64,000 nt of DNA from Vicugna vicugna (Eukaryota): the NCBI GenBank assembly GCA_013265495.1, contig MU061579.1, positions 1,795,319-1,859,318 on the forward strand, read 5' to 3'. The notes beneath the pieces are model-generated. The model was not told the origin of the DNA and made no database searches. It saw only the letters and a program-made list of their open reading frames with translations. Positions 40,181 to 53,511 of this stretch are shown here, in pieces. How positions within the stretch are numbered: position 1 is the first letter of the stretch; each line of letters begins with the position of its first letter. The position numbers and the translations under genes were made by a program.

Positions 40181-41333
40181 TGACAGAGAAGATTTTGGAA
40201 AAAAAAGTCAAGATTAAGAAGACACAAAATGCTGTTACTATTTTAAAAAGATTGATTTCCATAGGTAACTTTGTGTGTATTGGAAACAGCAGCACACCCT
40301 CTGGGAAGGCTCAGTTCCCACACTAGGCTACCAAGCAGAGCTAAAAGAATTCCAGCTGAATTGTAGCTCCCAGAAACCCCTTTGCCTGAGCTCCTTTGTG
40401 TAGCACCTGAGCTGCACAATCATAGAAGACAACCCTGCAGGTCTCTACCCAAAATTAGACAAAAAATTAACATCTTCGGTGTGACCATCATTACTGATAA
40501 AGCAGAAACAGTATTCTCCCATGAGGTAACTAATAAACGTAAGAGATTAATATAAATATGAAATTCATCTGATCCATTGAAAAATTACACATTTCCCCTG
40601 CTTTTAATAACATTTGGTATTTTGGAAAAAAATAAACTATAGCTCTTTGTGTTTACTTGGATAATCTTAGTATGCAAATATCTGAATGTTTCTGTATTAC
40701 CTGGTTCAGTCAGAAAATTTGAGTTGTGTCATGTGGTCACTTTGGGTATTATTTTTGTTGAAAATAAAATTTAAAAAATTTTTAATCCAGTATATCATTG
40801 GACTTAAAGGAATTGAAACTTGCTTAATGTTTAGAGATAAGTAGCAAAACTTTCTTGTGCACACTCTAATAATGGAACTCTGTTATGCACTTGGACAGTT
40901 ACAAATTATAATAATTATGTTATTTTGCCTGAATTGATACAAGGTAATATAAAATGAATTTTTGTTAAAGTAATATTCAGGTTTATGTGGCCTTAACCAA
41001 AGTTTTAAAAATATTTTTATATATAGTAAGCAGCCTTAAATATTTTTATACACAGAAGTAACCTTATTCCAGGCAACAACTGCTACCTACAACAAATATG
41101 TTAGTTTCTAGTTTTACCGTATTTTTGCTGTTCCAATATGGGGGCAGTTGATTCACTTCTGATGTGGCAACTTTATGTATAATAGATTATGCAAAGCAAG
41201 ATCTATTTCTGATGAAAGAACAAGAAAAACACTCCAAGAAGATGATATTTAGTAAAACTTTTGTTCAAATGAACATGCTTTAAGAGGAAATTTCATTTTT
41301 AGTTTCCCTGAATCAAGATGGATGATGGAAAAG

Positions 41334-41447
41334 GATAGAAAGAAAGATAGATGACAGATGATAGATGATAGATAGATAGATAGATGATAGACAGACAGAT
41401 AGAAAGAAAGAAAGGAAGAAAGAAAGACAGAAAGAAAGAAAGAAGAT
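41334..41447. repeat. (GATA)n/(GAAA)n compound tetranucleotide repeat
   Basis: Direct reading. Confidence 0.9.
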
Positions 41448-42491
41448 AAGCCAAGGGCTCAGTCATTCCTCCACAAGAAGCTACTATGTGGAGCTCCTAA
41501 AAAAATGTTCAACTCATTTATTTAAGGAGGAGGCTCTGACAGTTTCGGGTTCCTGCCCAAGGCCCAGGGTATAGATGGGCACTTAGTGCAGAACACTGGT
41601 TAGGGACCTTTGTGTGTGTAAAGTGTTGCCATTGATCCCTATTCCATCCACTTTGATAAACAGATTTCTCGCCTGAGAAGTAATTGTTAATAGCTCTTAA
41701 CTTGAACTGCCACATAGAAGAGTACTGATATATATTGATATACTATATATTGATATATATTAGGCCCCCTGTGCCCCACCGACTGCTTTATTTCTCAACT
41801 TAACTCAAAACTAACTTATAACAGCAAGTATCAGAACAATCTGAAGTACCAACCTGATTTTGAGTCATATCTCCAGATACGTTGTAAAAATTAAAGATAA
41901 TGCATGTGAAGTTTTTGACTTGGGCCCAGACACATAGTAAGCACTCAATAAGTTAAATTTTTCATTTTAGCTACTAATCATTAAAAAACTATTTGTCATT
42001 TTTGTCCTTCCAGAGACATTAATTTCTTATAAGATTTTCAGATACAGCATTTATAATTTAAAGGTCTACTCAATATTTCACGATAGTAGTATTTCCATAG
42101 TTGCAATATTCATCCTATTCTGTATTAAAACTTTTGCTACAACTAAGGGATTTTACTACACCCAGTGAACAGTTAGTTAATCCAAGAATGAATCACACAA
42201 ATCTGAACTTTTTTGAAGCTTTTTAGCTAAATCTTCAGTAACCTTAATGGTTCATCAAGATATCAGTTAACCATAGTTGGATGAAATGCTTACTTCTGAT
42301 GGACAGGCAGAAAACAAGCAACCCAAGGAATATAGTCTAAATCTTAATATTTCTTTCAGCTGAGAAAAAAAAAACTCTGCAGTCAATAGAGCATAAATAT
42401 ATAAAAATTCAGGCATAAAGTTTTAGGGTAGGCTTAGAAGATCTGTGCTTCTTTGTTCTGAACAATTTCCCAAATGGAAATATATATATTA

Positions 42492-42657
<166 letters not shown>

Positions 42658-43229
42658 TTTGCTGAACAGGAATGACCCTAACTTTTAAAATCACAAATGC
42701 AACAATTGGGACCCATGGGGAAATGATGGTTCCTAACTTAGGAATACCCTCTTGAAGAGGAGAGACATAAGTCTACCACCCAGGAGGAAGATTCGATAAT
42801 CTGGGTACAAAGATGTTCTATAACTGCCAATCAATCATCATTGTTTGACGCTGGAGGACAAAGATATAGCAGCAGGTTTTCTCCATCAAAGGGTCAGGGA
42901 AAGCTAGGACACTGGTCAAAAGCATTAACAAGAATAGCAAATATTGTCTCAATGAGAGACCTAACAAAAAGTGTTACATTCGACTCAACAGACTGAGAAG
43001 CTTGATGTCTACCCAGAGGCAGTGGAGTCTGGGCAAACAGCGGGCCCAAAGTTGAACGTTCAGAATTCTATGATGGAGCAGAATATCTGTGGACAGTTCA
43101 ACAGCTTCCCCAATTCCATCCACTTCACCGCTTAAGACTCCTGATGTGTATATTGAAAATGTACGTGTGCTGGGAAGGAGGTGTACACTAAGTACCACAT
43201 GGAGCTAGAAAGACACAGCAGCTGGAGTT

Positions 43230-43910
43230 AAGAGGAAAAAAGCATACAAATGATAAACGCTGGAGAGGATATGGATAAAAGGGAACTCTCATATACTATT
43301 GGTGGGAATGTAAATCGGTGCAGCCACTCTGGAAAACAGTATGGTGGTTCCTTAAAAAACTAAAAACAGAGTTGCCATATGATCCAGCAATCCCACTCCA
43401 GGGCATAAATCCAGACTCTAATTCAAAAAGGTACATGAAGCCCAATGTTCATAGCAGTGTTCTTTACAATAGCCAAGATGTCCATGGATAACTGGATAAA
43501 GATGTGCTATATATTTATATATACACACAGTAATTTGTATATATCACTAGCCATTAAAAAGGATGAAGCAATGCCATTTGCAGCAACATGGATGGATCCA
43601 GAGATTATCATATCAAATGAAGTAAGTCAGACAGAGAAAGACAAATACCAGAGGGCATTACTTATATGTGTAATCTGAAATATGATATGAATGAACTTAC
43701 TTACAAAACAGAAACAGACTCACAGATACAGAGAACAAATGTATGGGAACCAAAGGGGAAGTGGGGGGGGAAAGAAATCAGGAGGTTGGGATTAGCAGAT
43801 ATAAACTACTATATATAAAACAGATAAACAACACAAGGTCCTACTGCATAACACAGGGAACTATATTCAATATCTTGTAATAAACCATAATGAAAAAAAA
43901 TAAATAAAAT
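43230..43910 (+). mobile_element. L1 fragment (ORF2 C-terminus plus most of 3'UTR)
   Basis: tggtgggaatgtaaatcggtgcagccactctggaaaacagtatgg...gccatatgatccagcaatcccactcc; ORF 43445-43678 has MPFAATWMDPEIIISNEVSQTEKDKY. Confidence 0.95.
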
Positions 43911-43919
43911 ATTGTATTT

Positions 43920-45300
43920 CTTAATCTCTCCCTTAAGTGACAGTTATTCAGCCTTTTGTTGTCTTCATGACCTACATATTTTCTAAGAGTACTGGGCAGT
44001 TATTTTACAGGATGTCCCTCAATTTTTAAATTGTCTGACATTTTCTCATCATTAGGCTGATGTTATATATTTTGTGGCAAGGATACCACAGAACAAATGC
44101 TGTGTATTTCTCAGTGTATCATAAGAGGGGGACTGTGATGTCAATATATGCTATTACTGGTGGTGTTAATTACTTGGTTAAGGAGGTATCTGCTGGGCTT
44201 CTCCATTATAAAGTTACTCTTTTTTCCTCTTAATTCTTAAGAATCTTGGCATAAATTAATTTGAGACTATGCAAATATCCTGCTCCTCTTCAAAATTTGG
44301 TCCAACAATTTTGGTATCTATGGATGGATCCTGTTTATAACAATTTTTTTCCTATAGTATTCCAGTGGTGATTTTTTTTCTCTGTTCCTTCTGCATTTAT
44401 GAATTGTAGTTATTCTGATAAGAGGAGCTATCTCCTTACTTCCACTTATTTATGTGTTCCATTATATTTATATTATTAAGTGCACATGGATATTTATTTT
44501 ATTCTATGGTTTCTAATGCCAAATTATTATTATTTATTGTATTCTTTAAAATGTTCTAGCTTTGGCCATTAAGAGCTATTTCAGAGTGGCTCCTATAACC
44601 TTTTGAAATGTGTCTTTCCTTTTTGAGCACTGTCTTATGCTCTGGCGCTACACAGTACTCCAGACTCATCTTGTATTTCTTATGCTGAAGCTCTGGAATC
44701 AACAATTTCTTCAAAAAGGCCTTCCTTGTTACTTTTATTGGACAATTATATTTATAAACCAATATCTGGTATTTAGAAATATAACTAACAAGATGCCCTT
44801 GCTTCTAGGTCTTCTAAACAGATAGCTCTTGGAGAATATAAATATTTATTTCTGTATGTGGTTAGATGGATACAGGGATAAATATTTGTATCTATATCTA
44901 TATATACCATGAGCTTATAGGATATATTTAATTCTAATCAAACACCATGGAATTCATTCTGAATTAAAAACCTGTCTATAATTTTCTACAATGTATTTAC
45001 TTATTTGTACTACACTAGTAAACACAATTTCAGCATTGATGATACAAATCCTTGGGAGAAACAGATTTATTAACTAGAGTACAGTATTTGTATATAGTAT
45101 AGTAATTTTTATCCTTTTGATATCCAGTCAGAACACTATTTTCCAAAGTAATGTAGCTCATTCTGTATTTCTCTATATTTTCCAATATGGTACATCATTC
45201 ACATGTAGTCCAGATGGCCTCATATGTTACATTTTAGCTTCCTCTCACATGTTGCTCTATTTACATACCTACAGAGTATGGCTTATAATAATGTCAAATT
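43920..45300 (-). mobile_element. Old L1 3' region (L1MC-like)
   Basis: aagagtactgggcagttattttacaggatgtccctcaattt, tttggccattaagagctatttcagagtggctcct, gtactccagactcatcttgtattt. Confidence 0.75.
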
Positions 45301-45959
45301 ATGTTTATAGAAGATGGATGGATGGATAGATGGATGGGTAGATGAATGGATGGATTAATACATAATTTTCTTTCAGGAAAGTTTCTCTGTTTGGTCTCTC
45401 AGATAATATACTTATTTTTGTGATTAATAGATGTGGTTTGTTATATACTTTGAACATCATTGGTCATGCAACCTCTCAGTTGTGTGTGTGTGTGAAAGAG
45501 AGAGAAAGAATGACAGAAAAAGACACAGACAGAGAGAAAGTCAGAGACTAAGACATAGATCAAAATGTCACAAGAGACAGTGGGAGAAGAAATACTTCAG
45601 ATTCTGGTGATTTTCTCACTCACTGCAGCCTCTGGCCTAGTGTCTCCAGAGTCTCTTTACTGCCTGCTTCTCAAGAGCATTTAAAGTTTTCTCAGATGGT
45701 CTAACAGTTTATCTGTACTTTTTTACAGAGTCATACTCTAGAGAGTTGATTGTTACCAGGTACCTTGCCCTGTTATCCATAATAAACTTCCTACTAAGGT
45801 TAGTAATATATACTTCTGAAACTAAATTACAACATTCAATGACTTCAGCTGCTAGCAAAGATAACGTCTTGAGTGTAAAATCCTGACTAAGTAAACAAAA
45901 GATTAATTTTGCTACTTCATGGCTTAGACATCTAAAGTTTGCCAGGAGAGTAAGAATTT

Positions 45960-46301
45960 AGATCCGGCAATACTAGTATGAGGAGGGTGAGGCACTTGCC
46001 TTGGGCATAAAATTTAAGGAAGAAACAAAAATACTCAGTAATTGAGGTAAATGCTTTAATGTAATATCACTGTCATTTGCCTCAGGCTCAAATAGGGTTT
46101 ATCAAGTTAGAGTTGCTGGTCCTGCCTGAATTTAAAATGTTGATACTTTGTTCATCATTACCTATTTGCATTAATTTTCTTCTTAAAACATGCATTCAAT
46201 AATATTTATCTTGATTACTGAGTTTTGGGGATGCATCCTTAAATTTTGCCCCTGAGGTAAGTTCCTACCCACCTTACCCACCTCACTGTAACTCAGCTCT
46301 G
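45960..46301. mobile_element. hAT MITE, MER96B-like, with long imperfect inverted arms
   Basis: gtgaggcacttgccttgggcataaaatttaagg...actcagtaattgag mirrored by cttgattactgagtttt...ccttaaattttgcccctgagg. Confidence 0.75.
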
Positions 46302-47249
46302 CTCAGTCTCCATTTTTGTCTGGAATCAAGATAGTAAATATGGACATAAATTATAGGTAATCCAGAAAATATACAGGAGTGTTTGCGTGTGTGTATGTGT
46401 GTGCAAATATATACATGCACATATAATATTCAAGAGGAACAGTATCACCATAAACCAAAATAAACTGTTTTTCTCCTAATAATCTGCTTCCTCTTAGAGA
46501 ATATGTCAGGATATCAAATATTCACAAAATATTTGAGTTAATTCTTCCCACAACAGCAAACGGCAAAATCACAGTCTCTCAAATCAAACAATAATCGTAA
46601 AAGACAATTTATGAGGCTTTTGTAACTTAGCTGACAGGAACATATGAGAATTCTATTATAGAAGTGAAGACATTAATTATAGATTTCCTGTCAGGAGAGA
46701 TGAATGTATGTCTAACCATGATATAAGAGAGGTTCTGCATCAGACACATTCCTTCATCCTCTCAAGCAGGGATTTTCTATTAAGTTTTACATTATTAGAT
46801 ATAAAAAGAATACAAATCCCTCACTGCCCAGATTGCTAAATCTTACTTTAAATACCACCAGATATTTTGAAATCTCAAGTGTCTTATGATTAATATCCTT
46901 CTCAGGTATAGTAAATTAAGAAGTTGATACTGACCCATTCTGCTGTGTGATGTCCCAGCTTCCCTCTTTTCACAATCCAACAATCTTGTCTTAAATGAAA
47001 TCATATTTACTCTACTAAATTGGTTGCCTAAAAATACCTACAGAGAGGGGGAAAAAAGCATTTTCTTCTGATCCTGTTGTCAATCACATCTCATATAGCT
47101 GAAAAAGCATTTACTCTGAGTTTCAAATCCAATATCAAAGACTCCCATTTTCAATTTAGAAATGAATTAAAATGAAAGTAATTTTTTTTAATTCCCAAAT
47201 TAATTCTAAAAGAGAGTAGTTCAAAATCAAAATTACTTGACACCTGGAC

Positions 47250-48410
47250 ATCACAGAAGATGGCAACCTAGGAAGCTCCAAGGGTTGGTACCTCCACTGA
47301 GCTATGTGAAGTGACTATTTGAGAATGCTGGAATCTAGTCAAATACTTGCAGCATTCAGGGAAGTGCTTAGTGAAGAAAGACTCACACATTTCTGTGAAT
47401 TTTGAGTTCCCTTTTGCAGCTTTGATTCCTCAGCCCCCATCTCCTGTCCTGTGGGTACATCAGGCAACAGTGCTGGTGAGATTTCCTGGAACCAGAACGG
47501 GAAGTAGGAATCTTCTCCTCTAAAAATCTGCCTTTTTCTCTGTGATTGTGGCTATTGATACTGAGGAGCTAGCACAGAGGTAGGATGTTGTTTTAATACA
47601 CATGAGCCAATGGTGAGGTTAAATCTAAAGGGAACAGACTTTTAATTGTTTTTTGTTTCCTTTTTTATTGGAACCAGGCATTTAAGGAAATTTCCATTAA
47701 GTTATTGACTAAATAGAAAGATAATGGAACAGAGACCTCAGTGACCACACACAACAAGGAACATAATCATTGTAAAAGGTAGTCTGGAAAAGTCACTGAA
47801 CAAACTGATGACTGTAGCCTTCATCAGGTAACAGTAGCAATCCCAGGGGACAGAAGGGGTGTGATGTCCAGAGGTGCCTTATCACAATATTCAAAATGTC
47901 CGGTTCTCAACAAAAAAAATTACAAAGCACATAAAAAACATGAAAGTATGACCCAGTCATAGAACACAAAGAAACTGACAGAAACTATACATGAGGAAGC
48001 CTAGACATTGGACTTACGAGGCAAAGATTTTTAACTTAACAGTTTAAATGTGTTCGAAGATCTGAAGGAAACCACGGAAAAAGAAGTAAAGAAAATCAAG
48101 AGAGCAATGAATGGACATCTGTGGAATGTCAATAAGTAGATACTATAGAAAGAAACCAAACAGAAATTCTAGAGCTGAAAAGTAAAAGAGCTTAAATAAA
48201 AATTTCACTGATGGGATTAAAAAAAAAGACTTGGGCAGACAGAATACAGAAGCAGAGAACTTAAATACAGGACAATAGAAATTAATAATCTGAGGAGAAG
48301 AAAGAAAATGAGTGATGAACAGGTACCTACAGAATACTACCAACTGTACAATCACAAGCATCATGGAAATCCCAGAAAGATAAGAAAGATAAATAGAGTC
48401 AGAAATGGTG
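47250..48410 (+). mobile_element. Old L1 5'UTR/ORF1 remnant
   Basis: aagatggcaacctaggaagctcc start; aaagtatgacccagtc, gacattggacttacgaggcaaagatttt, gaaattctagagctgaaaagt are ORF1-region motifs. Confidence 0.75.
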
Positions 48411-48885
48411 GTCACCAGCATGCCTCAGGAGAAGCCCCAGTGGACTCTAGCTCTAGCCTCTGCGGTTCAGCCCCACCCTCCACCAAGAAAGCAGCCCTTG
48501 CATGCCCCAGGGAAAACCTTAGCATTTGCCAGGCTCCAGCTCTAGCCCTCTGGCTTTAGCACAACTCCCTAGCATGGTGACACCTGCCAATATGCCCTGG
48601 AAGAAGCTCCAGCCTGCACCACACTCCAGCTCTAACCACCCATCTCCTAGAATCAGCCTCCATCCCTGCCAAAGCAATAACCCCAGGATGCCCTCCAAAA
48701 AGCCCTAGCATCTACTTGCTTCAGGTCCAGACCTCTCACCAAAGCCACTAGGCATATGCGGACTACACAGGGATGCTTCTATACAAAGACACACCTTTAT
48801 GACTGGGAAAGATAACTGCTTCAACTAATTTCACAGAGACAAAAAGAGAAATTCAAATAAAATGAGAAGGCAAATAAATAGTTTT
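48411..48885 (+). mobile_element. Second L1 5'UTR piece with C-rich degenerate tandem subrepeats, running into an ORF1-like start
   Basis: Four ~80-95 bp units anchored by atgccY...gaagcc; ends aaaatgagaaggcaaataaata. Confidence 0.6.
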
Positions 48886-50396
48886 GTTCTTGGTTTTGCT
48901 ACTTACTCTGGCCTTGGCTTTCTCTACCTTGAACAGAGCTTATGATGTCTTTGATGGACTTTGATCTCCTCTGAGAAAAGATGATGGAGGAGGCATCATT
49001 TTCCTCAGTTCTAGTAGACACTTGACAGCAAGAGCTATCAATTTCTCATATGAAGTATTGGAGTATCCTTTTCTGGAAATCTTAACAATTGACTGGTCAA
49101 ATCATAAGAGAATATTGTGAGAGAAATTGAAAGAAACAGTTCTGTGCCTTTGGGAAATTAGATTGACAGCAGTGGCAGACCTTTGAGGTTTATTATATTC
49201 TTTGTTTTAGTAGTGCTACAATTTTTAACACACTTTTTTTCTTTTAAAAATATTTTAAAATAATTTGAAAGAAACAGCATCTGTTACTTTTCTCAGAAAC
49301 CTATCTTTCCAAATTTATAGTGCATGCTGTGATTTTTTTTTTTCTTCGTGAACAGCCACTTTCCTTAGATTCTTGCAAGCTTTTATGAGCACCACCAATT
49401 CAGTTTCCTTGGGGTTCTGATCTCAATTTTCCCTCTATCTTCTGTGATGTACTGGATACTACAATTGCAACTTCTACAACATGTGTGTGTCTGTGTATGT
49501 GTGATCAAATGTACTACATCACAATTCCTATACTTTATGGTACTAAATATTTATATAATAAAATCAAATGGCTTGTATATTTTAACAATTTAAAATTAAT
49601 ACTTTAAATGGAAGATTATATAATGTTATAAGACACGATCAGTATTATGTGAATAAACATGACATTTCTTTTAGCTCAAATTAGTATGTCTGGGGAAAAT
49701 CAAAACCTTACTTCAGATTATCTGTGAATATATAAACAAAGGAAAATTCTCAAAATGTCCTTCATGTTTATTATACTACAATAATATTAGTGTTTCCATG
49801 AATAGCTACTCCTAATTGAATTTTCAACATAAACAGATACTAAACCTGTGAGGTTTTGGAAAAAAGACAAATTTATTTGGAGATACTTCATAAGTAATGT
49901 TATAAAACCCCTGGTGCCAAAACTATTCAAGATGCTTATTGTTTCTTAATCTTTTAAATTGACATGATTTTTAAATATTTTGCTGAATGGTTGTTTTTAA
50001 ATGAAAAAAGTTTTTTTGATTAAAAAAATGGTCACTTAAAGAGCTTCTAAAATAAACTAATTATATATTTTTTAATGAAGGAATCATAAAGTCTTCTGAG
50101 TTTTATATTTAAATGATCAATATTTGAATGCTGTGCCATTGATACTACCGATACAAAAATTCTGTTTTTATAACAATGAAAATTGTATTCCTAAATTATT
50201 ATTTATTCAATTAAAAATATAATTTCCAATCAAAGCATAAATTTACATGTGTAAATTTAAATGGAACTAGTAGAAACAATTTGAAAGCAGCGGAAGAAGA
50301 CAGTGTGGACTTTTCAATGTATTAGAGTATGGTCATATCAAATATGCAACATTTTTATATTTATAATCTATCAGTCCTGGGATATTTATTCAGCAT

Positions 50397-50757
50397 TGTG
50401 ACGGTTCACTGTATGTGTCAACTTGGAGGGTGTTTCTGGATAAGATTAGTGTTTAAATGAGTACATTTAGGGTAAAGCAGATTGTCCTGCATAATGTAGG
50501 TGGGCTTCATCCAATCAACTGAAGGCCTGAGTTGAACGAAAAGGTCTGCCTTCCAGAGCAGATAAGAGTTCTCCAGCAAGCACCTTCAGACTTCTTCATT
50601 TGCACCGTTGGCTCTCCTGGGCTTCCAGCTTGCTAGCTTACACTGAAGACTTGGAACTTCCCAGTCTTCATAATCATGTAACCCAATTTCCTGTAATAAA
50701 TCTTTTTCTCCATACGTACTACTGGTTCTCTTTGCCTGGAGAACCCTGACTAATCCA
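50397..50757 (+). mobile_element. ERVL LTR (MLT2-like)
   Basis: tgtgacggttcactgtatgtgtcaacttgg...gtaggtgggcttcatccaatcaactgaaggcctga...ctggagaaccctgactaatcca. Confidence 0.9.
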
Positions 50758-51329
50758 AATGTTGACTGTTATCTGTCTTCTTGACATATCTGCTGAGTTT
50801 CTGTTTTACCAAGATGTCAATTTAAGCATTTTCTACTGGCTCAAGCATTCTCATATTCTCTTAAATGCCCATTAAAATACAATCTTCTGTGTCACATCCA
50901 CTGTGAACATTTGTATATACTTACATGATTATGAACAAGTGATTAACAGATCTGAGAATTTACAATAGATTCAGTCTGTGGCCATAGGAAAGAATTGACA
51001 AAATTTGTTTTCAAATGTTTAAGTTATAATGTGACATATATCATTCAACATTTGCAAGCAAGTTTTGTCAACTTTATCCTTGTGGCCACGAGGATATAAA
51101 TACATATACATATATAGTTCTGTGCTGGAAGTTTATTCTTAATGAAAAGAAAGTGCTTTGCTCAGCTAAATACTAAACTTCAGCCATAGTAGAAGAGATA
51201 GTAATGGAGATGTGAATAAATAATCTAGATGTTGTCATGTGCTATGGTGACACACATTAGTGACCAAGTAATGTTGGATAACTGTCTATAATTTTGAATA
51301 TATCATTCAGTAAATAACATTAGTATAGC

Positions 51330-51550
51330 ACTTTAGTGTTTCCAGTTTGCTTTTATATCCTATCTTAGTTGATCTTTAAAAAAATCTGGTAAGGTAGAGA
51401 TGATAAATATCATTATCTCTCTTTTACAGAACAGGTATGTGTGTGGTTCAGAGAGGTTCACAGATGTGCCAAGGATCAAATCGTGAGTGGTAAAATTGGA
51501 AATTAAATGAAGATCTTTTTATTCCAAATTTAATGTTTAGTTAACTATAT
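51330..51550 (-). mobile_element. MIR SINE
   Basis: cattatctctcttttacaga...ggttcagagaggtt...gccaaggatca. Confidence 0.65.
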
Positions 51551-51754
51551 AATTCTGACTTTCGTTGTGAATATGATTATATAAAGATTATGTACTTTTG
51601 TTCTCCTGAGTGTTTTCTATTTGTATATTTATTAGTAACTAATGATATTGAGTTATAATTATTTTTAAAATGTTATATAAACCCTAAACATCTTGAACAC
51701 AACTTACTTTTCTATATCGCTCATTATTGGAAGTCTAAGTTGCCAATCCTTGGA

Positions 51755-51867
51755 AAAGTAAACAACTTGTCAAGGTTTGCCAAGGACTTTTCTGTTTTTA
51801 AAACTAAAAAGTCCCAAGTCCCAGTAACCTCCTCAGTCCTGGCAAAATCAGAACACTTGGTCACCCT
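51755..51867. mobile_element. hAT-Blackjack MITE, MER81-like
   Basis: ggtttgccaaggact...aaagtcccaagtccc...ctcagtcctggcaaaatcagaacacttggtcaccct. Confidence 0.75.
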
Positions 51868-53016
51868 CCTGACAGTGGGGAAAACATAAAATGCTAAGCT
51901 CTATATTCTTTTGAGCAGTCTTAGAATTATTGATGCTTCAATCAATAATTTAATAAGGAACCTTGAAAGATGGGAAGTTGTTGACAGTTTAACAAAGAGT
52001 TCAACTAGTCATTATATCTCATTAGTCACACAAATTTTAATATTCATATTCTATGAATTATTAGTTAATTTTACATATCTTATCAAAGTATCATAGCATT
52101 TGACTTTGAAAGAATTTTCATAACTAGTCTAAGCTTGCTGACTTTTATATTTGAGAGTAAAAATATTTGGATTCAAATGTTTTTGAAAGAAATGATGTAT
52201 CTTCATTTAAAAGGGTAAACTATGTCAATAAGGGAATTAAATTTTACCCATCACTATTAAATGATAAAGCATCATCACTTCATTTACAGAGTAACTATCT
52301 TGATCATAAAAATACAAAAGGACATGAAAGAATTGCAAATATAAAGCTCACGGACAGAATAAAAATAATATTTTTCATTAGAATGGATTGGACTATAAAA
52401 ATATTTAACACATACTGAAGAGAGGACTTCTGCAGCATAGAATAGTAACGGATGATAATAGTAATAGTATGGTAAACTGTATTTAAATAGTTCCAAAGAT
52501 GAGAAAACCCACCTATTATGGTAAAAATAGCTAGCCATTTCCTTCTTGTAACCAGATGCTTTTTTTTTTAGGAAGACTGGGTATCCGTCCTGATCCAGGA
52601 ATAGTCTGAGGGAACAGAAACCTATCAAGTCTTTAATAGCTGAGAAGTGGTAAATTCTTGAGTGATAGGATGAAAACTAGTGAAGACCCCAAAAGCTGTT
52701 TGCATATATAATATTCGTTGAGTTCCAGAGCTGTGATGGAGGCTAAGGCTCTGAGTTAAATGCTTCTAAATAGAAAATTGAATAAAACAGTCTCCTAATA
52801 ACTTATAAGACAAAGTTCTGATGGAGTGCATGAGCTTGTCTCAAAAACATGGCCACTTTCCCCTCAAAACATTTGCCAGAGATTAAAGAGTATGGGAGGC
52901 AGAGAAGACACAGACCTAAAATAAAAACATGTCAAGAGGGGGACTGAATTTCCCACATGCTTCTGGGACTCAGAAGGCAGAGAACCACCAGATTCTCAGT
53001 CAAAACACAGACGAAA

Positions 53017-53163
53017 TTCGAGGATGTGAAACTCCTGGATGAGAAGGGCCGACCCGTGCATTGTACTCAGCTATGTTATATAAGAGAATTGAGCAGCTTC
53101 AGAATTTGTTATTTGCTAGGGCTCCAGAAACCCATCCCCCATGGATACCTAGGGATGGCTGTA
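53017..53163 (+). mobile_element. Tigger2/MER8-like terminal fragment
   Basis: ttgagcagcttcagaatttgttatttgc...cccccatggatacctagggatggctg|ta terminal sequence. Confidence 0.7.
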
Positions 53164-53197
53164 CATAATCTCCTCTGGCATTTAAAAACACCATTCT

Positions 53198-53511
53198 TAC
53201 AAAGCAGAAACAGACTCACAGACATAGAAAACAAACTTATAGGTACCAAGGCAGGAGAGGGATAAGTTAGGAGACTGGAATTAGCAGATGCAAGCTACTA
53301 TATATAAAATAGATAAACAACAAGGTCCTACTGTATAGCACAGGGAAGTATATTCAGTACCTTATAATAATCTGTAATTAAAAATATGAAAAACAATATG
53401 TATGAAAAAGAATGTATGTATGACTGAGTCACTATGCTGTACACTAGAAACTAACAGAGCATTGTAAATAACTATACTTCAATAAAAATAAAATAAAATA
53501 AAAATAAAAAA
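53198..53511 (+). mobile_element. Young L1 3'UTR fragment
   Basis: L1 3'UTR, (TAAAA)n tail, perfect 15-bp TSD taaaaacaccattct (53183-53197, 53512-53526). Confidence 0.95.
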
